Counted from the stretch's first letter, positions 24,550 to 34,246 are shown. The stretch is 39,452 bases of DNA from Candidatus Magasanikiibacteriota bacterium (GCA_036170335.1 JAVHOZ010000058.1:1-39452); one strand, 5' to 3'. Notes: generated from the sequence alone by a model not told the origin. Made by a program: numbers and translations.

Positions 24550-25701
24550 TTATCGAGGATTTTTTATTATTTCCCAAGTCAGTCTAGCAGTATTGTGCCA
24601 AGAATATTTTTTTACTTCTTCAAAACCAAATTTTATTTTTTGCTGACGAAGATTTTTATCTTTTAATAAAATAATAATTTTTTCTGAGATATCTTTTACA
24701 CTTTTTGAATCTACATACTCCACCGCTTCTTTGCCAATTTCTTCCAAAGCATTTCCACTACTCACTATCACCGGCACACCCATCGCCATCGCCTCCAAAA
24801 CCGGAATCCCAAACCCCTCATACAAAGATGGAAACACAAAAACCTGCGCATTTTTCAAAATTTGTAACAACTCTTCTGGTTGCACAAAACCAAGCAAAAT
24901 AATATCTTTTTTATATACACTGCGATCAATCACCTGTTGTATTTCTTCAAAACCACAACCTTGTTTACCAACCAAAATTAATTTTAAATCTAGAAACTGT
25001 TTTTTTACCAAATCAAATGCTTCCACAATTCTCTTGGTATTCTTTTTTTCCTCAAGTCGACCAATCGATAATATGTATTGACCATATTTATTTCCTCCTG
25101 CTGGTTTTTCTAAATTATATTTTTTTGAATCGTAGGCCAATGGGACTACTTTTATTTTATTTGCAAGGGGTTCCTCCACTCGCTTTGCTCGGTCGAAATG
25201 ACAGCGTGGATTCCCGTTTTCACGGGAATGACAATAAAATTTCAATAATTCTTTTTTATTAAATTCAGTTGATGTCAAAATTATTTTAGATTTTTTCGCA
25301 ATCAAACGATTCATCCATTTTAAATATTGCCGACCAAAAAATCTATAGGCCGACGGATATGCTTCAAACGCACTATCATGCACCATCACCATCGAATTTT
25401 TTGGTGCCAAAAATGGTAATAACTGACCTGGAGAAAAATAAACATCCGGCGGATTTTTCCAAAGCTCAAACGCCAAGCGAAATTGACTCCACATTTTTTT
25501 CAAAGGCCAATTTAAAATTTTTACTTCCCAATTTTTTGGCAATATTGCCAACTCCGGCAACAATTTTTTATTAGAATACAAAACCACCTTCGTATCCGAA
25601 GGTATTATTTTTTTTAATTCCTGAATAACCTGCCAACAATATTCCTCCACTCCCGTACGCTGAACCTTGTTAGCGTGAGAACAATCAATTCCAATCAACA
25701 T
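24550..25701 (-). CDS. GT4-family glycosyltransferase carrying an in-frame palindromic-repeat insertion
   Basis: C-terminal PSLYEGFGIPVLEAMAMGVPVIVS is the GT4 (E.FG....EAMA.G.P) signature. The segment CHSRENGNPRCHFDRAKRVEEP is encoded by copies of the window's 26-nt repeat. Confidence 0.85.
   Translation of the reverse strand: MLIGIDCSHANKVQRTGVEEYCWQVIQELKKIIPSDTKVVLYSNKKLLPELAILPKNWEVKILNWPLKKMWSQFRLAFELWKNPPDVYFSPGQLLPFLAPKNSMVMVHDSAFEAYPSAYRFFGRQYLKWMNRLIAKKSKIILTSTEFNKKELLKFYCHSRENGNPRCHFDRAKRVEEPLANKIKVVPLAYDSKKYNLEKPAGGNKYGQYILSIGRLEEKKNTKRIVEAFDLVKKQFLDLKLILVGKQGCGFEEIQQVIDRSVYKKDIILLGFVQPEELLQILKNAQVFVFPSLYEGFGIPVLEAMAMGVPVIVSSGNALEEIGKEAVEYVDSKSVKDISEKIIILLKDKNLRQQKIKFGFEEVKKYSWHNTARLTWEIIKNPR
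25173..25233. repeat. two tandem units (one degenerate) of the GTCATTCCCGCGAAAGCGGGAATC repeat family, inside the GT4 CDS
   Basis: GGATTCCCGTTTTCACGGGAATGACA at 25208-25233. It is preceded by the degenerate CCACTCGCTTTGCTCGGTCGAAATGACAG. Confidence 0.7.
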
Positions 25702-25720
25702 AAAAAAATAAATAATTAGA

Positions 25721-25854
25721 AGACAAGTAGGGGAAAATATTGGTTTTTAAACCGCCACGGAACTCCAGCCTCACAGCTGGAGTGAGTGAGAGTGCAGTTT
25801 TGTCAAAACAAAACCGACACGTGTTTAAAAATTAATATTTTCTCCCACTTGTCT
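25721..25854. repeat. 134-nt element with 32-bp imperfect terminal inverted repeats and a structured 70-nt core (MITE-like or structured RNA)
   Basis: AGACAAGTAGGGGAAAATATTGGTTTTTAAAC (25721-52) matches the reverse complement of 25823-54 at 28 of 32 positions. The core contains the ACTCCAGC/GCTGGAGT and GTTTTG/CAAAAC hairpins. Confidence 0.6.
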
Positions 25855-25885
25855 GAAAAATACGTATCCGAAAAAAAAGAAGAAA

Positions 25886-26893
25886 CTATTTAGTCGCCAA
25901 AATACTACGCTTATAACTATCCAAATTATCCAACGCAATCCCCGTCCCCTTGGCCACACACAACAACGGCTCTTCCGCCAAATAAGTCGGCACCCCAGTC
26001 GCTTGCGCCACCAGCTCGGTCAAATTGCGTAACATCGAAGAACCACCAGACATTATGATACCCTTATCCATCACATCCGCTGACAATTCCGGTGGAGTAT
26101 CATAGAAAACTCTTTTTATCGAATCAATCAAAATACCCAGTTCATGTTGCAAAGCCTCCGTAGTATCATCCGAAGTTACGGTAATAATACGCGGCAAACC
26201 ATGTACCATGTCTCGTCCTTTGACTTCCATGAACAACGGCTTATCCATAAACATCGCCGAACCAACGGTAATTTTTATTTCCTCTGAAGTGCGTTCTCCA
26301 ATTGCCAAATTATATTTTTGACGAATGTGTTCCATGATAGCTTTGTCGAATTTTGTGCCACCAACCCGAGTTGATCCACTCGAAACAATTCCACCCAAAG
26401 AAATCACGGCAATCTCCGCAGTCCCGCCACCAATATCTATGATCATATGACCGGAAGCCGCCCCAATCGGGATATCCGCTCCGATAGCCGCTACAATCGG
26501 TTCTTTGATAATATAAGCCGCTCGCGCCCCAGCTGCGATCGTCGCGTCAATTACCGCACGTCTTTCGGTCGAGGTAATACCAGCCGGTACCGCCACCATC
26601 ACTTCCGGTCGAAACAAACGCGCTCCGCCCAAAGCTTTATTGATAAAATAGCGCAACATTGCCTCTGTGATCTGATAATTTGCAATCACTCCATCTTTGA
26701 GTGGACGTTCAGCAATAATAGTGTCAGGAGTTCTCCCTAACATATCTTTAGCTTCCAACCCAACCGCCAGGACTTTGCCGTCGGCTTTGGATATTGCCAC
26801 TACGCTTGGTTCATTCAAAACAATCCCTTTTTTAGGCACATATACCAAAACATTTGTCGTCCCCAGATCAATTCCTATTTTCTTGATAAACAT
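25886..26893 (-). CDS. mreB: rod-shape-determining actin homolog MreB
   Basis: IGIDLGTTNVLVY, VVAVPAGITSTERRAV, IIDIGGGTAEIAVISLGG and GIIMSGGSSMLRNL. Confidence 0.93.
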   Translation of the reverse strand: MFIKKIGIDLGTTNVLVYVPKKGIVLNEPSVVAISKADGKVLAVGLEAKDMLGRTPDTIIAERPLKDGVIANYQITEAMLRYFINKALGGARLFRPEVMVAVPAGITSTERRAVIDATIAAGARAAYIIKEPIVAAIGADIPIGAASGHMIIDIGGGTAEIAVISLGGIVSSGSTRVGGTKFDKAIMEHIRQKYNLAIGERTSEEIKITVGSAMFMDKPLFMEVKGRDMVHGLPRIITVTSDDTTEALQHELGILIDSIKRVFYDTPPELSADVMDKGIIMSGGSSMLRNLTELVAQATGVPTYLAEEPLLCVAKGTGIALDNLDSYKRSILATK

Positions 26894-26894
26894 A

Positions 26895-28331
26895 TTATTT
26901 CCCTATTATTACCTTAAATTCCCTATCCTCCTTTAAATCAGTCGACAAATCATAACGACTATCACCATATTTATCTGGATTTTCTCCAGGAGTGGCCGCT
27001 GATAATTTTTTACCAAAATCCAACTCCAAAGTCAATTTAACACCATTTGTGCCAATTTGTTTTTGGGTTAATAAATTATATTCTCCGTTATCGATAGCCG
27101 TGACAATATTTTCCGGTAAATAATATTGAAAACTCAATTCAGCTGTACGACCAGGCTCAACAGCGATAAAACCACCAAACCACTGACGGCCATTTTCTAC
27201 ACCTTGATCAACCACTCCCGGTTTGGTAGATTTTTCCGATTCCATAGTTCCTGATGCCCTGATCAATTTACTACCAACCGGCACATACACTCGAGCATAA
27301 TCGCGATAGCGTGAAGTACGCCAATCAAACTTACCCTGATGAATAAATTTAATTTTGGCGGTAGCTACAAATTTGTCGGTAGTAGTTGGAATAATAGTGT
27401 AAGTTAGTTCACGTTTTAAAACCGCATCAGTTTTTAAAGAACCAAGATTGGCATCCGCCCACAACAAATAATCACCGACAGTAGATTTCATTTTTCCCGC
27501 CCAATCTTTACTAATAAAAATATTTTGTTCATCATTATCTTGCGCAAAAAATACTACTTGTTTTTCTTTTAGTAAACGCTGTGATAAATCATAATATTTT
27601 TGCCATTTGATAAATACGTCAAAACGCAAATTGTCCAACAAAGAATAAGCCAAATCACGCAACATGTTTTTGCGCTGTACAAACTCGATTCCTTTTGACT
27701 TGTATCCATACTCCACTTCGTATTCCAATTTTTCGGTAAAATTTGCCGCGTTAAATTCTTCTCCATTAATTTTAATGGGGCCGTGAATTTTTAATATTTC
27801 TTCAATGACCGATGGAGTAAAACCAATCACCGCATCAATGTTGGGAATTTCTCCCAAACCTCCTTGTTTCAAAAATAATTCGGCTGATTTTTGTGATGAA
27901 ACGGCAAAATCTGGCGACCAATTGCTATCTCTAAAATACCATCTGGCTACTTTTAGATATTTTGTGATTGGATCCGGTGCGACTGATTCAAAATCTTTTT
28001 TGCCGGTATTGTCTATAATCTCCGTACCTTCTACTTTTAGTAAATGCGGCGTGCCTTTGTCCATTTGTAGTAGAGCATAGGCACCAATAAAACCACCACC
28101 GGGACGCAACTCAGTATTGTTTAAAAATAATATTAAATAAGTGCGCGGTTTTTCAAAACCCAAAACGGTTTGTAACAAATTTTTTTCAACTGGATTGGTT
28201 GTGAACTGATTGGAAACTTCCTTGACCACTGCTTTTTGCAAATTACCGGAACGAATAGACCAATAACCAAAACCAGCTACACCAATTATGAGCAAAAATA
28301 TTGTCACTAATATTATTTTAAAAATTTTCAT
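26895..28331 (-). CDS. DUF4012 domain membrane-anchored protein
   Basis: N-terminal TM helix, then NNTELRPGGGFIGAYALL. This resembles the DUF4012 core (N.AE.R.tGGfiGsy) as I recall it. The ATG overlaps the TGA of the upstream GT2 gene. Confidence 0.65.
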   Translation of the reverse strand: MKIFKIILVTIFLLIIGVAGFGYWSIRSGNLQKAVVKEVSNQFTTNPVEKNLLQTVLGFEKPRTYLILFLNNTELRPGGGFIGAYALLQMDKGTPHLLKVEGTEIIDNTGKKDFESVAPDPITKYLKVARWYFRDSNWSPDFAVSSQKSAELFLKQGGLGEIPNIDAVIGFTPSVIEEILKIHGPIKINGEEFNAANFTEKLEYEVEYGYKSKGIEFVQRKNMLRDLAYSLLDNLRFDVFIKWQKYYDLSQRLLKEKQVVFFAQDNDEQNIFISKDWAGKMKSTVGDYLLWADANLGSLKTDAVLKRELTYTIIPTTTDKFVATAKIKFIHQGKFDWRTSRYRDYARVYVPVGSKLIRASGTMESEKSTKPGVVDQGVENGRQWFGGFIAVEPGRTAELSFQYYLPENIVTAIDNGEYNLLTQKQIGTNGVKLTLELDFGKKLSAATPGENPDKYGDSRYDLSTDLKEDREFKVIIGK

Positions 28332-29815
28332 ATGGCTCTTTTTTTAGCTGAAACATTAAAACCAAGATACTTTCCAAACATCAAATGAGTGACAGCATCA
28401 ATACATGGCGCTGAAGAAAATATAATAAGGGAAACCGGCACTAATACCCATTGCAACAACATAAACAAATATTTATATTTTGGATGACTATCGGGACGTG
28501 GTGGCAAAATTAACATACTGATAATTGCGGAGAAAATCAAACCAAGGGTTGCAATACTCATCAAATTTTCTAATACATGTGGAGTGTTAAAAAACAAAGC
28601 ACTTTGACGAACTTCGTTACTGGCTACCCACAATGGCAAACGCCCCAAAACTGTCAAAAGTATGGCCACTACCGCCCAGCTCCATTTGCCCTCCCATTCA
28701 TGAAATAAAATTGAAGTTTTTTTCCACCAACTTATCTCCGGATGTTTTTTAAATTGCCACAATAGATACGGAATATTTTCTGTACCCCAAGCCCAACGCC
28801 GTTGTTGTAAATACAAATTTTTTAAACTTTTAAATAAACTTTCGTCACGCACTGTATCCATCGATACTGGGATATAAAGAGGAGTCACGGTGTAGTCACC
28901 ACCATAGTGCAACCAACATTGAAAAAATATTCGTGAATCTTCACTCACAATATCTTTGGCATGACCGCCACTTTCTAGTGCCGCCTGCAAACTCATACTA
29001 TGCGAGGAAAAAGTCACCAAACTATCCAACCGTGCTAGAGAAAATAACATCCAAAAACTGGTACCAAAAGCCATCACCCGTAATATCGACGGCGACTCCC
29101 ACATGTTATTGTTATACAAAGTAATTGGTTGAAAGGAACTACGCTCCGGATGTGGATGCAAACAATACATATAATTGAGGTGAGCAAAATACTGAGGATG
29201 GACCACCGTATCAACGTCAAACACCGAAATTATAACATTGCGATAATTCCATTGACGAACATCGACATACTTTTTAAATTCCAATTCGGCGTTATGAATA
29301 TTTGATCCTTTGCCTGGAATTTCATCAAGCAAATTATCCGGATGAGTATAATACAAAATATCCGCAAATTTACCACTGAAATTTGCTTTTACTTTTGCCT
29401 GTACTTTGTCCCAATTGGCCTGACGACGCGCTTCTCCTGAGATAACCACATACAATCGACTGGCCGGATAACTGGAATTTAAAAATGCCTGCAGTGTCCC
29501 TGCGACCACTTCATAACTTTCATTGGCCAGAGGTAAAAATACTACATTTTTTTTAGTTTCCCAGTTGGAAAATTCAGTTTTTAATTTGGATAGCCAATCG
29601 GTTTTGATAGCTTTGCGAAATCTAGTCCAAGACAAAATAAGATAAAAAGAAAAATATACCACCCGCAACACCCAATAAACATCAAAAATAATAATGGCGT
29701 AAATAATTATCAGCGGATAAAAAAAAGATAACAAAACACCGGCTATCAATGTAAACCAAATCGATAAACCAGGTAAAATTTCATAAAACCGATAACGTTG
29801 ATAATCTGATAACAT
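28328..29815 (-). CDS. multi-pass membrane GT2-family processive glycosyltransferase (cellulose/chitin-synthase-like)
   Basis: FDVDTV (D.D) and LQQRRWAWG (the QxxRW motif) lie between N- and C-terminal TM helix clusters. Start trimmed to ATG 29815 (MLSDYQRY). Confidence 0.75.
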   Translation of the reverse strand: MLSDYQRYRFYEILPGLSIWFTLIAGVLLSFFYPLIIIYAIIIFDVYWVLRVVYFSFYLILSWTRFRKAIKTDWLSKLKTEFSNWETKKNVVFLPLANESYEVVAGTLQAFLNSSYPASRLYVVISGEARRQANWDKVQAKVKANFSGKFADILYYTHPDNLLDEIPGKGSNIHNAELEFKKYVDVRQWNYRNVIISVFDVDTVVHPQYFAHLNYMYCLHPHPERSSFQPITLYNNNMWESPSILRVMAFGTSFWMLFSLARLDSLVTFSSHSMSLQAALESGGHAKDIVSEDSRIFFQCWLHYGGDYTVTPLYIPVSMDTVRDESLFKSLKNLYLQQRRWAWGTENIPYLLWQFKKHPEISWWKKTSILFHEWEGKWSWAVVAILLTVLGRLPLWVASNEVRQSALFFNTPHVLENLMSIATLGLIFSAIISMLILPPRPDSHPKYKYLFMLLQWVLVPVSLIIFSSAPCIDAVTHLMFGKYLGFNVSAKKRAI

Positions 29816-29819
29816 GTCA

Positions 29820-30191
29820 CTAATTTTTACTGCCACCAATATTAGCCGGAGCGCTATATTGAGCGCTGGCATATTGCCCTATTGGTGACGCTTGAATATC
29901 TTTGATTAAATTTTTATACCAATCTTCAACTGCTAAAACTGGAATTTGCAACGCATACGACAAGGTGTTAACTACAGTGACCGCAATTCGAGTGGCGGTA
30001 AATTTTCCTTTTCCAACTACCACTGCCAAACCGCGTAAATCAGAAAGTTGTCTACCTTCGTTCGATAATAATTGATCAACAGACACCAACAGATCACTAT
30101 CTTTTCCAAATTCACGTTGAGTCCATTTGGTATCCAAACAATAATGAAAAAGGATTTTGTCGTTAGACGAATTATCAATCAGTAAATACAT
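29820..30191 (-). CDS. tsaB: half-size TsaB/YeaZ-like protein (N-terminal domain only)
   Basis: MYLLIDNSSN...LRGLAVVVGKGKFTATRIAVTVVNTLSYALQIPVLAV follows the TsaB pattern (ILAIDTS...L..IAV..GPGSFTGLRIG....GL..A..IP). It is only 123 aa. Confidence 0.5.
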   Translation of the reverse strand: MYLLIDNSSNDKILFHYCLDTKWTQREFGKDSDLLVSVDQLLSNEGRQLSDLRGLAVVVGKGKFTATRIAVTVVNTLSYALQIPVLAVEDWYKNLIKDIQASPIGQYASAQYSAPANIGGSKN

Positions 30192-30198
30192 AAAAGCT

Positions 30199-30795
30199 TT
30201 AGCCTAATTTTAATTCATCTACTGCAAAAATATGTTTGGCTTCAAAAATAGAGTATAGAAAACGATCACCAATTTCACGTCTTTCAGAAAATTCTTTTTC
30301 GTCTAAAATAGTATAACGAACAGCATGGTTTAAAAACTTTTCAAAATCACGAATTACCTTGGCTACTGCTATCGCTTTGATATCACCAACAAATAAAATA
30401 TCCGTTCCAACATCTGTTGTGTTAGTAAAAAATCCAGTCAAAATCATCACTTTTATGTCCCCAGCTCGCTTCTTTAACAAATCAACAAAATTACGTTCCT
30501 CCAAAAGTTGAGTTTTTTCTAACAACGCACCCAATTCTTCATGAAGAAAAAATCCGGTATTTATTTTATAATATTTTGATCTTTCCGTACCGGCCTCTTC
30601 TTCTTTGGATTGCCCATATTCTATTTGTTTTATAATGCCCATTTCTTCCAGATTGGCGAGTTCCCGACGAACGGCATTTAATTGAATTTCAATAGTTCTA
30701 GAAAGTTCGCGCACAAAATAAGCTCGCTCTTGATTTCCATAAAACAAACGCAAAAGTTTTATTCTTGTTATTGAACCAAAAAGGTGTTCAAGCAT
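30199..30795 (-). CDS. winged-helix (ArsR/MarR-like) transcriptional regulator
   Basis: The N-terminus ITRIKLLRLFYGNQERAYFVRELSRTIEIQLNAVRRELANLEEMGII is a wHTH. Confidence 0.65.
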   Translation of the reverse strand: MLEHLFGSITRIKLLRLFYGNQERAYFVRELSRTIEIQLNAVRRELANLEEMGIIKQIEYGQSKEEEAGTERSKYYKINTGFFLHEELGALLEKTQLLEERNFVDLLKKRAGDIKVMILTGFFTNTTDVGTDILFVGDIKAIAVAKVIRDFEKFLNHAVRYTILDEKEFSERREIGDRFLYSIFEAKHIFAVDELKLG

Positions 30796-30896
30796 AATTA
30801 CATTTTTTTCAATTTTAAATAGACCAAAAAACGCACTTTCTTTCTCTTGATATTTATTAGACTTATGACAATAAATATAGTATACTACAGGCGTTT

Positions 30897-33164
30897 ATGG
30901 ATTACAAGCTACAATTACACGAGTTTTTTATCGAAGGAGGCAACCGGGAAAAATCCCATGTGCTACTTCATATTACCGAACCCTCCAATGAAAAAGAACG
31001 ACAAAAGGGCTATTTTTTTGCTGTTTGTGAATTGAATAACACCACCACCAAAGATATCGTCAAATTACAAAACATTGTCGATGAAATTGAATCTCGCTAT
31101 TACGAAGCACCGCAAAACATCAACGAAAACTCCTTAGAAACAGTTTTAAAAAATATTAACCGAGAAAACAAACCAGCCACTGATGAACAAGTTCAAAAAC
31201 ACTGTGTCATTGGGGTAGTAAAAGATCAAGCAGTGATCTTCTCATTTTGTGGTCACCCCAAAATGTTACTTTTTTATAAAGCCAAAGATGAATTATATAA
31301 ACAAATAGATTTAATTTCTGACAATCAAGACGAAACCAATGAACAACTTTTTTCTCAAATTGTCGAAGGAAAAATTACACCCAATGATTTCTTGTTTATT
31401 GGCACACCAAAACTCAACGAATACTTTAACGACGACCGTTTACAAAAAATCATTACTACCCACCCATCCAGCCAAAGCGCCCAACATATTGAGCGTGTAC
31501 TATCCGATATCCGCAATGAATTTTCGTTTGGGGGTATGATAATTCATTTAAACGAGGACAAAGCATCCATAACAACTGAAAAGAAAAGACACCCACTATT
31601 GAAAGGTGGATCCATCAAATCATTACACAATTTATTCGCTACTGAAAAAAATACCGCCAGTACCATGTCGCCATCGTTATTTCCCAATATAAACGATCGA
31701 ATAAAAACTGCTTTTCGAAAAGAACAAGGCGAAGAAGTGATAAAAGAAGAAAATAATACAACACCGACAGTACCGGCTGAAATTAATTCTGCCCATCTCA
31801 GACAATATCGCGCCAAACCACCAATTCCACAAAAAACCGACCGTTACAAACAAATTTTAAACACTGTTTTAAACACAACTATAACATGGCTCAAGTATGG
31901 TGCCAATTTTATCTGGTTATTTATTTTAATATTTTTTCGTTTATTGATAAACATCGGCCATTTTATATCACTATTGTTTTTGGTTATCACCAACTACAAA
32001 AATCGTCGACGCAATATTTTAGACAACTGGTCTGGACAATGGCGCAATTTTAAATTGAGCATAAAAAACTTACCAAAAACTACCAAAATATTATTTGTTA
32101 TAAGCATTCTAATACTGATTATCTTTGTTTCCAGTATTTTTTATATTCGGACAAATCAAATACGATTAACACAAGAAAAACAGTCTCAGGAAATTATTAG
32201 AAATATTATCGCCCACAAAGATGCCGCCGAAAGTTCAGCTATATACCGAGATGATTCCACAACATTGAGCGAAACCCAGACGGTAAAAAATTTGATTTCT
32301 CAACTGGACTGCAAAAAATACAAAAAAGAATGCGACGAATTTAATCGCCAAATGGATACAGTGCTTTCACAGATTCGCAAAGAAATAATAGCTACACCGG
32401 ATTTGATTTTTGATTGGAGCAAACAAACTATAAATTTATCTCGCATGGCCAAAATTAATAATCAAATTTTGGTTTTACCAACCAATTCGTCAACTATTAC
32501 CATCTATAATTTACTAACCAAACAATCAAAATTATTAACTACCAATCTAAATAATTTCAACGACATTGCTGTACCAAAAGAAAATGATTACGCTGCAATT
32601 TTATCTGACAATAAAACCGTTACTCTTTATGACCCAACCAATTATTCCATAAAAACCGCTGACATCTCTTACCCCAAAAATGATATCAAAATTAACGATC
32701 TTATAGTTTACAATCGCCGTCTGTATAGTTTGGACACTACTAATAACCAAATCTACAAACATGAAAATATAAAAAACGGTTTTGGTCCGGGCAAAGAATG
32801 GATAAAAGATGTCTCAGTTAATATTAAAGACGGTTCTTCGTTCACTACTGATGGCGATATGTTTGTCAGTAAAACCGACGGATCAGTCGAAAAATTAACT
32901 GCCGGCAACAAACAACCATTTGAAATTTTAGGATTAGATCCAGCTTTAAAAACCGGTAGCCAAATTTGGACTTACACCGACAAACAATATATATATTTAC
33001 TGGATAATACCGGCAAACGTCTAATAATTTTACAGAAAGACGGCCACCTAAAAAATCAAATCACCGCCAAAGAATGGAAAAATCCAAGTGGCATGATTAT
33101 TGACGAACAAAATAAAACTGCCTATATTTTAGACAGTAATAAACTTTATCAAATCAACCTCTAA
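30897..33164 (+). CDS. hypothetical 755-aa membrane protein: cytoplasmic N-domain, three TM helices, and a beta-rich repeat-like C-domain
   Basis: Long ORF on the minority strand. TM segments around WLKYGANFIWLFILIFF, GHFISLLFLVI and ILFVISILILIIFVSSIFYI. No confident family assignment. Confidence 0.7.
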   Translation: MDYKLQLHEFFIEGGNREKSHVLLHITEPSNEKERQKGYFFAVCELNNTTTKDIVKLQNIVDEIESRYYEAPQNINENSLETVLKNINRENKPATDEQVQKHCVIGVVKDQAVIFSFCGHPKMLLFYKAKDELYKQIDLISDNQDETNEQLFSQIVEGKITPNDFLFIGTPKLNEYFNDDRLQKIITTHPSSQSAQHIERVLSDIRNEFSFGGMIIHLNEDKASITTEKKRHPLLKGGSIKSLHNLFATEKNTASTMSPSLFPNINDRIKTAFRKEQGEEVIKEENNTTPTVPAEINSAHLRQYRAKPPIPQKTDRYKQILNTVLNTTITWLKYGANFIWLFILIFFRLLINIGHFISLLFLVITNYKNRRRNILDNWSGQWRNFKLSIKNLPKTTKILFVISILILIIFVSSIFYIRTNQIRLTQEKQSQEIIRNIIAHKDAAESSAIYRDDSTTLSETQTVKNLISQLDCKKYKKECDEFNRQMDTVLSQIRKEIIATPDLIFDWSKQTINLSRMAKINNQILVLPTNSSTITIYNLLTKQSKLLTTNLNNFNDIAVPKENDYAAILSDNKTVTLYDPTNYSIKTADISYPKNDIKINDLIVYNRRLYSLDTTNNQIYKHENIKNGFGPGKEWIKDVSVNIKDGSSFTTDGDMFVSKTDGSVEKLTAGNKQPFEILGLDPALKTGSQIWTYTDKQYIYLLDNTGKRLIILQKDGHLKNQITAKEWKNPSGMIIDEQNKTAYILDSNKLYQINL

Positions 33165-33201
33165 ATAAAAACACAGTAAATTTACTGATTTTTGTCAATA
33201 A

Positions 33202-33233
33202 AAAATCCCCCAAAAAATATATCGGGGGATTTT
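33202..33233. terminator. bidirectional rho-independent terminator between the convergent 755-aa gene and rplL
   Basis: AAAATCCCCC(33202-11)/GGGGGATTTT(33224-33) stem, flanked by A-runs and T-runs. Confidence 0.6.
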
Positions 33234-33247
33234 ATTTTTGAAAACTA

Positions 33248-33646
33248 TTATTTCAAAGTTACTTTACCACCAGCTGCTTCGATGGCCTTCTTCATCACTT
33301 CGGCTTCTTCTTTCTTTAGACCTTCTTTGATCATTTTAGGAGCAGCATCTACCAAAGCTTTGGCATCTGCTAGACCTAAACCAGTCAAATCTTTGACCGC
33401 TTTGATCACATTGATCTTGTTTGCTCCAAAATCAGTTAATTCAACGTTGAATTCTGTTTTTTCTTCAACAGCGGCGGCGGCTGGAGCGGCAGCAGCCATC
33501 ATCATAGCTGGAGCAGCAGCGGAAACACCAAATTTTTCTTCCAATACTTTTACTAATTCGGCCAAATCTAAAACGGACATTTTTTCTACTTGTTCCACCA
33601 AAGTCTTAAACTTCTCAGGAACAGTTACGATTTTTTCTTCTGACAT
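33248..33646 (-). CDS. rplL: 50S ribosomal protein L7/L12
   Basis: Ala-rich hinge ([20 protein letters not shown]) and C-terminal domain [24 protein letters not shown]...[10 protein letters not shown]. Confidence 0.95.
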   Translation of the reverse strand: MSEEKIVTVPEKFKTLVEQVEKMSVLDLAELVKVLEEKFGVSAAAPAMMMAAAAPAAAAVEEKTEFNVELTDFGANKINVIKAVKDLTGLGLADAKALVDAAPKMIKEGLKKEEAEVMKKAIEAAGGKVTLK

Positions 33647-33662
33647 AAGTTTATAAGGTTAA

Positions 33663-34181
33663 TTAAGCTTTTGCTTCTTTAATATTATTAAGAACATTTA
33701 CTAAACCGCGCAAATTGCCGGCAAGCACATTGACAAAGCCAGAGATTGGCGCATTGAGAGTACCAACCAATTGACCGAGTAATTGTTGTTTGCTTGGCAA
33801 GCTGGCCAAATTCATCACCGCTGCAGTATTGATAAATTTACCTTCGAGCACACCACCGTAAACACTTACGGATTCGTGAGTTTTAGCAAATTCACTAACA
33901 ATTTTAGCAGCCGAAATTTCATCCGGACCAGACAAGGTAACGATACCGCCGATGAAAGCTTTTGGATCGGCAGTTACACCTAAATCCTCAAACACTCTTT
34001 TTACCAAAGTTTTTTTGGCTACTTGCACCTGAACTTTTTCTGCTCTAGCTTGTTTGCGTAAAGCTTCAAAATCCAATACCTTTAAACCAGTAAAATTGGC
34101 AAAAACAGCGCCTTTACTTTCTTTCAAACCACCAGTCAAAGACTCAATAGTTTGTATTTTTTGTTGTCTTGTTTTTGGCAT
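33663..34181 (-). CDS. rplJ: 50S ribosomal protein L10
   Basis: 172 aa, immediately upstream of rplL. Contains FTGLKVLDFEALRKQARAEKVQVQVAKKTL. Confidence 0.9.
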   Translation of the reverse strand: MPKTRQQKIQTIESLTGGLKESKGAVFANFTGLKVLDFEALRKQARAEKVQVQVAKKTLVKRVFEDLGVTADPKAFIGGIVTLSGPDEISAAKIVSEFAKTHESVSVYGGVLEGKFINTAAVMNLASLPSKQQLLGQLVGTLNAPISGFVNVLAGNLRGLVNVLNNIKEAKA

Positions 34182-34246
34182 AATCTTTTAACAAAAAAAT
34201 CTGTGTTTCCACAGACAAATTATACAGTACAAATCGACTCTTACCT

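Noticed and set aside
25721-25854. Long hairpin element as SRP (4.5S) RNA or 6S RNA
   Set aside because: I could not find the SRP domain IV signature (the GGAA apical loop with flanking AGCA/GNAR-type motifs) on either strand. The two-hairpin core does not resemble the 6S central-bubble layout. I left it unassigned.
33192-33656. 154-aa plus-strand ORF
   Set aside because: It is the mirror frame of rplL. The Ala-rich stretch is the antisense of the L7/L12 hinge.
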